64,000 nucleotides of DNA from Desulfobacterales bacterium (GTDB lineage: Bacteria > Desulfobacterota > Desulfobacteria > Desulfobacterales > UBA5616). Positions 1 through 9,527 of the stretch are shown one piece after another. The notes beneath the pieces were generated by a model. The model searched no databases, had not been told where the DNA came from, and worked only from the letters and a program-made list of their open reading frames with translations. The position numbers and the translations under genes were made by a program. Numbering within the stretch: position 1 is the stretch's first letter; the number at the start of each line of letters is the position of its first letter. The stretch lies in assembly GCA_046483495.1 (NCBI GenBank), contig JAWODC010000001.1, positions 96,001-160,000 on the forward strand. The letters run 5' to 3'.

Positions 1-1446
1 GATGTCCAAATCAACCTTGAATTGTTTATAGTCCATTTCTTCATCGGTCGTATACATATTAACGCCAACCACCGGCCAATCTCCTCTTTTGACGGCTTGC
101 TTTCTTTTGTAAGACATATCGTCAATCGCTCTTTTAATCCAGCCGGCTTCCAGTCCCTTTAAATACCCGCCTTTGGATTCTAAATCGTCGTATATTTCCC
201 AGGCTTCTTTTTCCATTGCATCTGTCAAAGACTCAACATAATATGACCCACCTAGTGGGTCTGCTACATTTCTAAGGCCGCTTTCCCACATCATAATCTG
301 TTGCGTACGAATAGCCGTGCGATGTGAGATTTCGGTGGGGATGCTTATCGCCTCATCAAATGAGCAAGAATGGATGGACTGAACCCCCCCCATAATCGCC
401 GCCATAACCTGCATTGTAATTCGAGCAGTATTATTAAGCGGCTGCTGCGCAGTGAGTACATTCCCGCTGGTGTGTATATGAACCCTGGCAAATCTGCTTT
501 GCGGCTTTTCGCATCCTGCATTTTTTGTTATTTTTGCCCACATTCTTCTGTGAGCACGCAGTTTTGCAACTTCTTCGAAAAAGTCATTCTGAATACCTAC
601 CTGAAAGCCAAGGCGACCAATAAAGCTGTCAGGGGAAAGGCCCGCCTTTTTTCCCGCTTCAATGACCGATTTTCCCCAGGAAAGTCCATAAGCAAGTTCT
701 TGGAGCGGCGTAGCCCCTGCTTCCGACAGACCATACATGAATATGTTTGTCGTGTTCCAGGCAGGAATATTTTTTGTGCAAAATTTAATCAAATCTCCCA
801 TTAAGGCATACCCCCATCCGGGTTCCCAGGACGGAATATCCTGTACCGCGACGCGCGGATACCAATTCATTGAATTGCCATGCAAATTGCTGATCGGTTC
901 ACCTCGTCGTTCGGCGGCTGCACACGCAAGCGCCAGTGCAGGCAGGCAATTGTCTCCGGTTATGAAGGAAAAATTTGTTGTATTGAGATCCCAACCTCTC
1001 ATGATTTCATCGTAATCTTCTACAGAAGACAAAACACACCCACACTGTCCCACATTACCGCGAGCCTCAGGATGATCCGAATCGATGCCGTACATACAAG
1101 GGATGTCAAAAACTATGTTAAAAACCTTGTGACCGAAATATCCTTCCATGCCATCGGCCACCATTTTCTCCATTTTGGCCCTTGTTTCTTCACACGTTCC
1201 ATATCCGAAAACCATCTGCTGCATCCAGGGCGTCAATGCATATCCATCGGGGTAGAGCCCTCTCGTATATGGATATACCCCGGGCATTTCATATAAACTC
1301 AGGTTTTCAGTATCTTCCGGCGTGTAAACCGTTTTAATTTCTATTCCGGATAAATTCTTCCTTGGTTGTATTTTATCAACATACCTCGCCCTCAATTTTT
1401 CCCATGTTTCTTTTACTTCTTTATAACCCATATCGTCTTTATTCAT
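1..1446 (-). CDS. B12-dependent acyl-CoA mutase large (substrate-binding) subunit, methylmalonyl-CoA mutase family; runs off the left edge
   Basis: Not in the ORF track. Manual translation from ATG 1446 (GGAGG at 1454-1458) gives MNKDDMGYKE..SGIEIKTVYTPED..PGVYPYTRGLYP..EAGATPLQELAY..ADPLGGSYYVESLT..VVGVNMY, which are hallmark MCM large-subunit motifs. Confidence 0.92.
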   Translation of the reverse strand, partial: MNKDDMGYKEVKETWEKLRARYVDKIQPRKNLSGIEIKTVYTPEDTENLSLYEMPGVYPYTRGLYPDGYALTPWMQQMVFGYGTCEETRAKMEKMVADGMEGYFGHKVFNIVFDIPCMYGIDSDHPEARGNVGQCGCVLSSVEDYDEIMRGWDLNTTNFSFITGDNCLPALALACAAAERRGEPISNLHGNSMNWYPRVAVQDIPSWEPGWGYALMGDLIKFCTKNIPAWNTTNIFMYGLSEAGATPLQELAYGLSWGKSVIEAGKKAGLSPDSFIGRLGFQVGIQNDFFEEVAKLRAHRRMWAKITKNAGCEKPQSRFARVHIHTSGNVLTAQQPLNNTARITMQVMAAIMGGVQSIHSCSFDEAISIPTEISHRTAIRTQQIMMWESGLRNVADPLGGSYYVESLTDAMEKEAWEIYDDLESKGGYLKGLEAGWIKRAIDDMSYKRKQAVKRGDWPVVGVNMYTTDEEMDYKQFKVDLDI

Positions 1447-1668
1447 CAAATTACCTCCAGCTTTAAATAAGTTGCTGATGCTGAATTTATTTTTAAATGG
1501 GAAACACCCATGCTTCTTTCATTGCCTTGAAATGATACAATATAACTAATTTATCATGAGGGTTCTATATGTGTATTTTATTCAGGCCTTATTCCAAAGT
1601 TTTGCTTGAAAATAGTTTGGAACGAATATGAGGCCAAATTCAGCAGATTAACCTGGGATATTTGTGTG

Positions 1669-1682
1669 ACCGACCGGTTGGT
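1669..1682. promoter_or_regulatory. Putative TetR operator (ACCGA-ccgg-TTGGT)
   Basis: Near-perfect 14-bp palindrome directly downstream of a minus-strand TTGACA(1711-1706)-17 nt-AATTAT promoter candidate; a related site lies at 2016-2029. Confidence 0.55.
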
Positions 1683-2015
1683 ATAATTGCTGATATTTTC
1701 TAACTTGTCAACTCTAATTCGATTTTTTTTCATCATTTATATCGCAAAAAAATCATTACGCAAGATTTTGCATTTGAATGGTTTGGCAACAATGCGAACA
1801 AGGCCCAAACTTTGGATGGGATGATAACGGATAACATTCATAACGAAAATGAATCGGACACCGCTTTTTGAATATTTGGTATTCGCCGTTGTAATGGGTT
1901 GGGCCATTTTATGCTGGTTTTTGGGCCAATCATATTATATTTTAGATGAAATCAGGTCAAACTTTTTGATAATTTACCTATTTTATAGGTTCAATATCTC
2001 ATTTCGGGATTTTCA

Positions 2016-2029
2016 ATCGACTGGTCGAT
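2016..2029. promoter_or_regulatory. Second putative TetR operator (ATCGA-ctgg-TCGAT)
   Basis: Palindrome with the same 5-4-5 architecture as 1669-1682, in the divergent mutase/TetR intergenic region. Confidence 0.45.
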
Positions 2030-2364
2030 CAGCATGTTTGATTTTTTTTCATTTTATCCGTTGAATTTCTTTAAAAATTATACTAATAATTCTTTTTTTA
2101 AAATTCATTGATTTTGTTTTCTGCGGCAAACAGTTCGGTTGCCGCTATAACAAGGCAATTTGCAGGCAATTTCCCAGCAGATAGGGTGTAAGTTCTCAAA
2201 GAAATATATGGGTTTCGTCTACAAGCAGATTTTCTCCCAAAAAAATTTTGTATTGCAGGTGCCCTGTCTGATCTTGGTTAATAATAATCAAAATCCAAAA
2301 TCAATCATCCAACTGTATTGTGGCCGACCGGATAAACGATACGTTTACTTAAAAAGGAGGTGAA

Positions 2365-2931
2365 ATGGCTTCAAGTTATGATAGAATAATTAAAGCGACC
2401 ATTGAGCTTATGAATAAAAAAGGTTACCATGGAACCTCAATACAAATGATCGCAGATAAAGCGAAAATTTCTAAGAGCACAATTATTCATCATTTTAACA
2501 ACAAAGAGGGAATACTTCTTGCGATCTTGGGTAAACATGTGCCTGATGCCGGAAAGCGACTTAAGGAAATAGTGGATAATAATGGAATGAAAGGAAGAGA
2601 TAAGCTAAAATTGTTTATGCAAAGTCATCTCGGCCAAATTGATAATTATGGGGATATCATGAATTTAAATCTGAGAGAAACGAGGTATTTTTCTTCTAAA
2701 AATAAAAAAATTTATAAAGAAATTCAACATGAATACGAGGACTTACTTAGAAAAATTGTGCTTCAAATTCAAAAGGAAGAAAAGCATCTGCTGCATGGTT
2801 TGGATCCTAAAATCATTACACTGGCGCTGTTGGGCATGTTAAATTCTATTCCACAATGGTATAAAAAAAAGGGCAAATTAGGTATCGATGAAATTGCCGA
2901 TCAGATATATCGAATGGTGACGTTCACATAA
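2365..2931 (+). CDS. TetR/AcrR family transcriptional regulator (KstR2/PaaR-like C-terminus)
   Basis: N-terminal HTH KGYHGTSIQMIADKAKISKSTIIHHFNNKEGIL; C-terminal LGMLNSIPQWY; strong RBS AGGAGG. Confidence 0.92.
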   Translation: MASSYDRIIKATIELMNKKGYHGTSIQMIADKAKISKSTIIHHFNNKEGILLAILGKHVPDAGKRLKEIVDNNGMKGRDKLKLFMQSHLGQIDNYGDIMNLNLRETRYFSSKNKKIYKEIQHEYEDLLRKIVLQIQKEEKHLLHGLDPKIITLALLGMLNSIPQWYKKKGKLGIDEIADQIYRMVTFT

Positions 2932-3310
2932 GAGGGTATTGCCGCGAAATATGCGACCAGAGGTTCGCTTGATTTTCGCCGTTCATTCCGCCTGATGGGT
3001 TGTGCGGGGATGGACAAAACCTAAAAAAAAATGACCCTTGCCGAACTCGTTTTCCAAAAAAGATCCAAACCCTGGAAAAGAAAGAAAACCTGTCAAACCA
3101 CTAAACCAGGATTCAATTACCCCTCCAAACAAATGCAGGGCAGACACCTTATAAAACCCAGGTGAAATTTTGCATTCAAACCTAATGGATATCATGGATA
3201 GATCACATCATGAACCATTCAGGCAAATGCGCTATTTGACGCATTATTATTATTGACCTTTTCAGGTTTTTCTATAATCTCTATATAATTAATTCGACAA
3301 GGAGCGAATT

Positions 3311-4426
3311 TTGAAGAAAACATCTTTTCTTATTTGCATTTCTTTGAGCTTGCTGGTTCTCTCGGTTCTCTCGTGCCTGAAAAAAGATGCCGATGAAACA
3401 TCGGTTCACCTTCCGTCGGTAGAACCCCTTCCGCCTGAAGTGGTCGTCTCTTCGGTAAAGCGGGGACCGATATATAAGACGTATACATCCATTGGAACCG
3501 TTACGCCCAAAGATTCCTCACGTATTTTTCCAAAAGTGGGTGGTCGCATATCGAAGGTATGTGTCGAAGAGGGCCATATCGTAAACAAGGGGGATCTGCT
3601 CATGCAGATCGACGCCTTCGATTACACGCGGGCCGTCGAAAATGCAACCGCCCTCAAAAATCAGGCGGCATCCAATCTTGAAAAAGCGAAGCGGGATTTT
3701 TCCCGAATTGAAAAACTTTACGCCGACAAGGCCGTACCGAAAAAAAACCTGCAGGATATGAAAACCGCCTTGGATTTGGCGGTCTATGCCTACGATCAGG
3801 CGGCCGTTTCATTGAAAAAAGCCGTTGATGATTTCGGAGAATGCGGCGTCAGGGCCCCGATTTCAGGCATGGTGACAGCCAAGTTGGTGAACCCGGGAGA
3901 ATTGATCGGCCCCCAAACGATGGCATTTAAAATCATGCAGATGGAGACGGTCGAGGTTGAAGTCGATCTGCCCGAAGAAGCTTTTGGCAATCTGTCGCTC
4001 GGCAACAAAGGATTTATCTCGTTTGACGCCGTTCCGGATAAATCCGTGACGGGAACGATCACCAAGATTCATCCCACAATCGATCCCGTCAGTCGAACCG
4101 TTAAAATCACCCTTTCCATAGACAATCCAAACCTGCTTATCCGGTCCGGCATGACGGCCCGCACCCGAATCGTACAGACGGCCGAGCAGGATGCGCTGTA
4201 TGCGGCCAGGGCGGCATTGATCCCGGTTGAAGACCGTTACATCGCATATCGGGTGCAGTCCGGACGGGTGGAAAGAATACTTTTGGATGTGGGCATTATC
4301 GGAGATGATGTATTCGAAATCAAAAACGGCGCCGTCGAAAACGATCTTTTCGTAGTCAGGGGGGTTACCGGACTGCGCAACGGCATGAAAGTCAAAATCG
4401 TTCACCAGGATACGGTCGAAAGATAA
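3311..4426 (+). CDS. RND efflux periplasmic adaptor (membrane fusion protein)
   Basis: Lipoprotein-like signal; PKVGGRI..EEGHIVNKGDLL, RAPISG, IDPVSRT motifs; directly upstream of the RND permease. Confidence 0.92.
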   Translation: MKKTSFLICISLSLLVLSVLSCLKKDADETSVHLPSVEPLPPEVVVSSVKRGPIYKTYTSIGTVTPKDSSRIFPKVGGRISKVCVEEGHIVNKGDLLMQIDAFDYTRAVENATALKNQAASNLEKAKRDFSRIEKLYADKAVPKKNLQDMKTALDLAVYAYDQAAVSLKKAVDDFGECGVRAPISGMVTAKLVNPGELIGPQTMAFKIMQMETVEVEVDLPEEAFGNLSLGNKGFISFDAVPDKSVTGTITKIHPTIDPVSRTVKITLSIDNPNLLIRSGMTARTRIVQTAEQDALYAARAALIPVEDRYIAYRVQSGRVERILLDVGIIGDDVFEIKNGAVENDLFVVRGVTGLRNGMKVKIVHQDTVER

Positions 4427-4439
4427 CGAGAACACCATC

Positions 4440-7400
4440 ATGTCAATCGCCCAATTTTCAGTAAGCCGGCGCACCACTGTGACGATGTTCATTCTGATCA
4501 TCACGCTGTTCGGATTGCTCTCTTTTTCCAACCTCGGCCTGGATATGCTGCCGGAACTCGAGTTTCCTTTTGTCTCCGTCGTCACCGGATACGAGGGAGT
4601 GGCGTCCGAAGAAATCGAGACGCTGCTGACCAAACCCATCGAGGAATCCGTGGGAATGGTAAAAGGCATCAAAAATATCACCTCGAGATCCTCGGAAGGC
4701 ATATCCAGTGTCTATATCGAGTTCGAGTGGGGGACGGACCTGGATGTCGCGGCCCAGGACGTTCGGGATTCATTGAGCTGGGTTGTCGATTACCTTCCGG
4801 ATGACTCGGATACACCGATGGTGCTGAAGTTCAACTCGTCAAGTATGCCCATCATGGAATACGGCGTGACGGGCATCGACGATACCATTCGGCTTCGGGA
4901 GTACCTGGACAAAACGGTGAAGCCCAGACTGGAGCGTCTGGACGGAATCGCCGCTGCATTCATCTTCGGCGGCAAAGAGCGTGAAATCCAGGTCCTGGCC
5001 GATCCAAACAAATTGAAAGCCACCGGGCTTTCTTTAAATGATCTCTCCCTTGCCGTTCAGTCCGGAAACCTGAACGTCTCCGGCGGACATATCCAAACCT
5101 TTCAGAAAGAATACCTCGTTCGAACGCAGGGCTACTTTGAAAGCGCCCGCCAGATTGAAAACACCGTCGTTTCAATTACAGACCAAAACAAACCGGTTTA
5201 CATAAAGGATGTCGCCATTGTTCACGACACCTTCAAGGAGAAGAAAGGATTCGAGAACACCAATCGCAATCCCGCCGTGTTGATCGACGTTTTCAAGCAG
5301 AGCGGTTTCAATACACTGGAAGCGGTGAACAATGTAAAGGCGGAACTCAAAAAGATGGAAAAAGATATTCCGTCCGAGTTGGAGTTTCGCCTGACATTCG
5401 ACCAGGGTAATTTCATCGAGCGTTCGATATCTTCAACAGGGGAAACAGCCCTTTGGGGCGGGCTTATCGCCTTAATCGTCGTTTTTATTTTCCTTCGCGC
5501 CGTCCGGCCTACAATAGCCATTGCCATCGCCATACCGCTCTCGGTTATCGCTACATTTATCGGCATGGAGGCACTCGACTATACCTTCAATATCATGACG
5601 CTGGGAGGCATCGCTTTAGGCGTGGGGCTGCTAGTGGATAATGCGGTTGTGGTGATTGAAAACACATTTCGACACCTCGAAAGCGGCAAGCCTCGGAATG
5701 AAGCCGCCGTCATCGGGACACATGAAGTCGGGCTTGCCATTACCGCCAGCACGTTTACCACCATGGCCGTTTTCCTGCCGCTAAGCCTCTCCCAGAGCAT
5801 TGCCGGCAAACTGGCCAGACCACTGTCCTTAACCGTCTGCATTTCTCTTTTGGCATCTTTGCTTGTCGCCGTCACCATCATTCCGGCCATCGCAGCGACC
5901 ATTTTCAAGCAGGAGAAAACAGATTACGGAAAAGCACGGCGAAGCGGGTGGGTTGGCGCCATTCAAAAGGGGTATACGGCCGTATTGAGACGCGTGTTGA
6001 AATTAAGATGGCCGGTATTATTCTCGGCGCTGGCCGTCCTTGTCGTCAGTGTATTCATGACGCCGCTTTTGGGAACGGAATTTATGCCAAGGGAAGACGT
6101 TCCCATCGGCAGGCTCAACATTACCCTGCCCGAAGGCAGCGTGCTGGAAGAAACGAAGCATATCTCCGATCAAATAGCAAGGATGTTCATGTCGAAGGAG
6201 GAGATCGAAACCTGTCTGAGCTTCGGCGGCATTACGGCCGGCGCCAAATTCCAGGCGGCCATGGGGGACAGACTGGATGCGGTCAACAACGCCACCATCT
6301 TTGCCAGATTCAAGGAAAGAGAAGATCGAAATCGCTCCACGGACGACGTCCTGAACGAGATACGGGAACAACTCCCCGACCTGGAAGGTGTCGATTATAA
6401 CTTTGTCGACATGGCGGGGTTCTTCTTCGGAACCGGAGACTCCCCCATCGAGATCAATCTTTACGGCCCCGATCTGGAGATACTCGACGATCTCAGTGTT
6501 GAATTGATGGACAGGCTTTCGCCAATAGAGGGACTCGAAGACATTGAAAGGTCCCTTAAAAAACGCCAACCGGAGTTTCACGTAATCGTGGACAGAGAAA
6601 AAGCGTCGAAAATGGGATTGAGCGTTCATCAGATTGCCGTGACAGTGGAAACGGCGGTTTTGGGCCGGGTGATCAGCAGATACCATGACGGGGGTGATGA
6701 GTATGATATCCGCGTCCGCCTGCAGGCACCCTACCGAAAAAGTTTTGAAAACCTTTTTGGATTGACCATCCAGTCACCCCTGGGGTTTACCGTACCCCTT
6801 TACCAGGTCACATCTCTTCAGCAGGAATTCGGTCCGTCAGCCATCAACCGTAAAAACCAGGATCGCGTAGTGACCATCACCGGCACCAATTTCAACAGGG
6901 ACCTCGGCGGCATCGTAGGGGAGATTCAATCCGTTTTAGGCTCTCTGACACTACCCGAACGGTTCTCATACGAAATCGCCGGAACATTCGAAGACATGCA
7001 GACGTCGTTCGAAGAATTGACCAAAGCTTTCATTGTGGCGGTAATCCTGATTTATATGATCATGGCGGCGCAATTCGAGTCTCTGACCCAGCCTTTGATC
7101 GTCATGTTTACCATGCCGCTTGCATACAGCGGAGTGGTGTTCGGGCTCTTATTGACAGGCAAAACATTGTCCGTGCCGGCATTTATGGGGCTGATCATTT
7201 TGATGGGCATTGTGGTGAATAACGGCATTGTCATGATCGATTATATCAACCGGTTGCGAAAAAACGGCATGGAAAAGTTCGACGCCATCGTCGAGGGGGC
7301 GTCCGTCCGCATCCGTCCGATTTTGATCACTTCTGTAACCACGATCTGCGGTGTGTTGCCAATGGCGTTTTCCGGTGGAGACGGATCGGCCATGCGCTCG

Positions 7401-7532
7401 CCGCTGGCGGTTGCCGTCGCCTTCGGGCTTGCCGTCGCCATGCTGCTCACCCTGTTCGTCGTGCCCTCCGCCTATTATATCGTCGACTCGATGTCGGCCA
7501 AATTCAGGAGCAAAACCGCCGATACCCTATGA
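4440..7532 (+). CDS. RND efflux transporter permease (AcrB/AcrD/AcrF family)
   Basis: 1030 aa, multi-TM pattern, GLLVDNAVVVIEN, GIVVNNGIV, RIRPILITS. Confidence 0.95.
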   Translation: MSIAQFSVSRRTTVTMFILIITLFGLLSFSNLGLDMLPELEFPFVSVVTGYEGVASEEIETLLTKPIEESVGMVKGIKNITSRSSEGISSVYIEFEWGTDLDVAAQDVRDSLSWVVDYLPDDSDTPMVLKFNSSSMPIMEYGVTGIDDTIRLREYLDKTVKPRLERLDGIAAAFIFGGKEREIQVLADPNKLKATGLSLNDLSLAVQSGNLNVSGGHIQTFQKEYLVRTQGYFESARQIENTVVSITDQNKPVYIKDVAIVHDTFKEKKGFENTNRNPAVLIDVFKQSGFNTLEAVNNVKAELKKMEKDIPSELEFRLTFDQGNFIERSISSTGETALWGGLIALIVVFIFLRAVRPTIAIAIAIPLSVIATFIGMEALDYTFNIMTLGGIALGVGLLVDNAVVVIENTFRHLESGKPRNEAAVIGTHEVGLAITASTFTTMAVFLPLSLSQSIAGKLARPLSLTVCISLLASLLVAVTIIPAIAATIFKQEKTDYGKARRSGWVGAIQKGYTAVLRRVLKLRWPVLFSALAVLVVSVFMTPLLGTEFMPREDVPIGRLNITLPEGSVLEETKHISDQIARMFMSKEEIETCLSFGGITAGAKFQAAMGDRLDAVNNATIFARFKEREDRNRSTDDVLNEIREQLPDLEGVDYNFVDMAGFFFGTGDSPIEINLYGPDLEILDDLSVELMDRLSPIEGLEDIERSLKKRQPEFHVIVDREKASKMGLSVHQIAVTVETAVLGRVISRYHDGGDEYDIRVRLQAPYRKSFENLFGLTIQSPLGFTVPLYQVTSLQQEFGPSAINRKNQDRVVTITGTNFNRDLGGIVGEIQSVLGSLTLPERFSYEIAGTFEDMQTSFEELTKAFIVAVILIYMIMAAQFESLTQPLIVMFTMPLAYSGVVFGLLLTGKTLSVPAFMGLIILMGIVVNNGIVMIDYINRLRKNGMEKFDAIVEGASVRIRPILITSVTTICGVLPMAFSGGDGSAMRSPLAVAVAFGLAVAMLLTLFVVPSAYYIVDSMSAKFRSKTADTL

Positions 7533-7560
7533 AAGGGAATTTGACCGGGAAAATCCTGCG

Positions 7561-7648
7561 GTAAGGGCGGGTTTGAAACCAACCCCATTTAATCATTCCG
7601 TACGGGCGAAATATGTTTCTGTACAGGCGAAAAATTTTTCGCCCCTAC
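7561..7648. repeat. Cluster of degenerate REP-like GTAG-type palindromic units
   Basis: gtaagggcgggtttgaaaccaacccc (7561), gtacgggcgaaa (7600), gtacaggcgaaaaatttttcgcccctac (7621-7648) between convergent genes. Confidence 0.6.
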
Positions 7649-7693
7649 ACCACGGGGTGCATCCACCGCCTCTGCGGGTTAGGGACATGAACC

Positions 7694-7740
7694 AAAAAAA
7701 AGGGTCTCCTCAACCCGTTGCCCGGTCGAGAAAACCCTTA
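7694..7740 (-). terminator. Imperfect intrinsic terminator for the 7790-8227 gene
   Basis: agggtctcctcaacc / ggtcgagaaaaccct arms with an adjacent A8 run (U-tract on the minus strand). Confidence 0.4.
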
Positions 7741-7789
7741 TGCGGTTTTCGTCACGAATCTCACACTACATGTAAAGAGCAGCTTTTGT

Positions 7790-8227
7790 TTACTCCACGA
7801 CAAGTGTTCCGGTTGCCGAAACCTCGCCGTCCTTGCTGACAACCTTGTATTCATACCGGCCCGCATCGGTGAACTGAAGGCTTGAGGTGGAGGCAAACGG
7901 CACCCAGCTGGTCACGAAACACCAGCGTTCCTTGTCCAGATCAAAATCCACGTTATAGGCGGTGACACTCTTACAATGCTTGCCGTCGGCGAATTCGATC
8001 TTGACATCCTGTTTCTTGACGCCGCTTAACCACACGACGATCGTATCTTTCTTGATATAAGCGGTTTCAGGATCGATAAAGATGCCCGCCAGTTCATCCT
8101 GGCCCACCCCATGAAGCTTTATTAATTTTGCGTCTTGGGCCACGGCCACGCCATGGGTGCCCAGCACCATCCCAAATGCTATAACCAACGCGAATCCTAC
8201 GAGAAAAAATCTGCCTGACTTCATCAT
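7790..8227 (-). CDS. Exported hypothetical protein, cupredoxin-like beta pattern
   Basis: Signal peptide ending AVA-Q; DTIVVW..FTDAGRYEYKV..GTLVVE resembles cupredoxin strands; RBS AGGAGG. Confidence 0.6.
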   Translation of the reverse strand: MMKSGRFFLVGFALVIAFGMVLGTHGVAVAQDAKLIKLHGVGQDELAGIFIDPETAYIKKDTIVVWLSGVKKQDVKIEFADGKHCKSVTAYNVDFDLDKERWCFVTSWVPFASTSSLQFTDAGRYEYKVVSKDGEVSATGTLVVE

Positions 8228-8467
8228 GATTACCTCCTGTGGTTTTCAGGTTTTGTCGACGATGCCGCTACTACACCATTAAAACGCACTCATTCGAAGC
8301 TTCCAAATATTCATATGGAGAAAAGACCGCGTTCATTTCGCGCCAACCGCAGCATCTTTGCTCCAATTCCCTTAATGATAAACCCGAAATTGACGAAGTC
8401 AACAAATTTGAAGTGTTTTTTTCGATTCAGCCTCGGCTTAATACATGATTCTGTGCCGTTTCACATG

Positions 8468-9505
8468 TCATGATTCCGATTTGCCCACCGCTTTTCCATT
8501 GACAATCTGATCCAGATACTCGGACATGCCGTAACCGATTCGGTCGTCGCATCGGTATTCGGTCATTCCCTCGGTGATTCGAGTCAACAACCTTTCTCCA
8601 TCGGGTGACTTCCGCCGGTTGCGGAGGGGGATCAGGGACAAGACACGCCCCTCGACGTCGTATTCCCGTTCATCGGTTTTAGCCCAAACGGTGAAGTCGG
8701 TTTGGTAATCATTTTCGTCCCAGTTTGTCGATAATCGCGCATCGGTGATGTTGATATACGTGTCATTTTTCAGCACCATTCCGCCGACACGCCGGCTTCC
8801 GTCAGCCTGGGTGATAATCGACACCATCATGGCAAAATCTTCTCCGAAATTCATGGGCAACCACCGGTACCAATAAATATTCTGCCAGTATCGCGGCCCC
8901 CACGAGTGGTCCCGCAGTCCCAGTCCATCGATTTCATGCCGCTGATCCCCCACCTGGAAAAATCCCTTGCCGCGGATATGCTGCTCGTAATGTCCACGGG
9001 CAAAGGCTTCCTCCGCTTTTTGTTGGATCGGAGTGCCGTCTTCGTTGACCGGCTCTCCGCCGAACATGGGTGACACGCCTGTATAATCGATCTCCACTCG
9101 GCACGGAACCATGGGGTTTTGCGTGAACGCTTTTTTGGGATCCGCCATGTCAAAGGGGTTTTTCAAAAGGCAGACCTTCCCGTCATAAACCACTTTAAGC
9201 CTTTTAAACGGCTCGATTATCTCGAAGGTCATACCGCCGGCATTGAATGCCTTATTATCCGAGATTTCCGGTCGCGCATACATAAAACCGATACTTTTGT
9301 CGGGCAAATAGATGCAGCACGACATTTCGGCATACCCCTCATTGGGCCGGTTTCCCAGTCGGAACCATCCCCCAAGCGGCTTTTCAGAGGATGGATTAAA
9401 CACATTGAAGTACATGCTTTCGTTAAAATTCACCGACGCTTCAAGCGGGTGCATATATTCATCCTCGGGTTCCAATCGAATTTTTACGGCTTTACCAGAA
9501 GCCAT
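8468..9505 (-). CDS. Conserved hypothetical protein, tocopherol-cyclase/AttH-like double beta-barrel (RDHSWG motif)
   Basis: NESMYFN, GHYEQ, GLRDHSWGPRYW, terminal GYGMSEY; RBS AGGAGG. Confidence 0.7.
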   Translation of the reverse strand: MASGKAVKIRLEPEDEYMHPLEASVNFNESMYFNVFNPSSEKPLGGWFRLGNRPNEGYAEMSCCIYLPDKSIGFMYARPEISDNKAFNAGGMTFEIIEPFKRLKVVYDGKVCLLKNPFDMADPKKAFTQNPMVPCRVEIDYTGVSPMFGGEPVNEDGTPIQQKAEEAFARGHYEQHIRGKGFFQVGDQRHEIDGLGLRDHSWGPRYWQNIYWYRWLPMNFGEDFAMMVSIITQADGSRRVGGMVLKNDTYINITDARLSTNWDENDYQTDFTVWAKTDEREYDVEGRVLSLIPLRNRRKSPDGERLLTRITEGMTEYRCDDRIGYGMSEYLDQIVNGKAVGKSES

Positions 9506-9527
9506 GTTTCACCTCCTAAAGATGTGT

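Noticed and set aside
370..1296. Plus-strand ORFs 370-804, 737-1015 and 880-1296
   Set aside because: Shadows of the minus-strand mutase gene, which the track missed because it is truncated
1849..2363. Short ORFs 1849-2064 and 2160-2363
   Set aside because: AT-rich intergenic DNA, no RBS or motifs, and one overlaps a probable operator
3236..3289. Sigma70 promoter for the RND operon
   Set aside because: TTGACC and TATAAT are present but 14 nt apart; no pairing gives acceptable spacing
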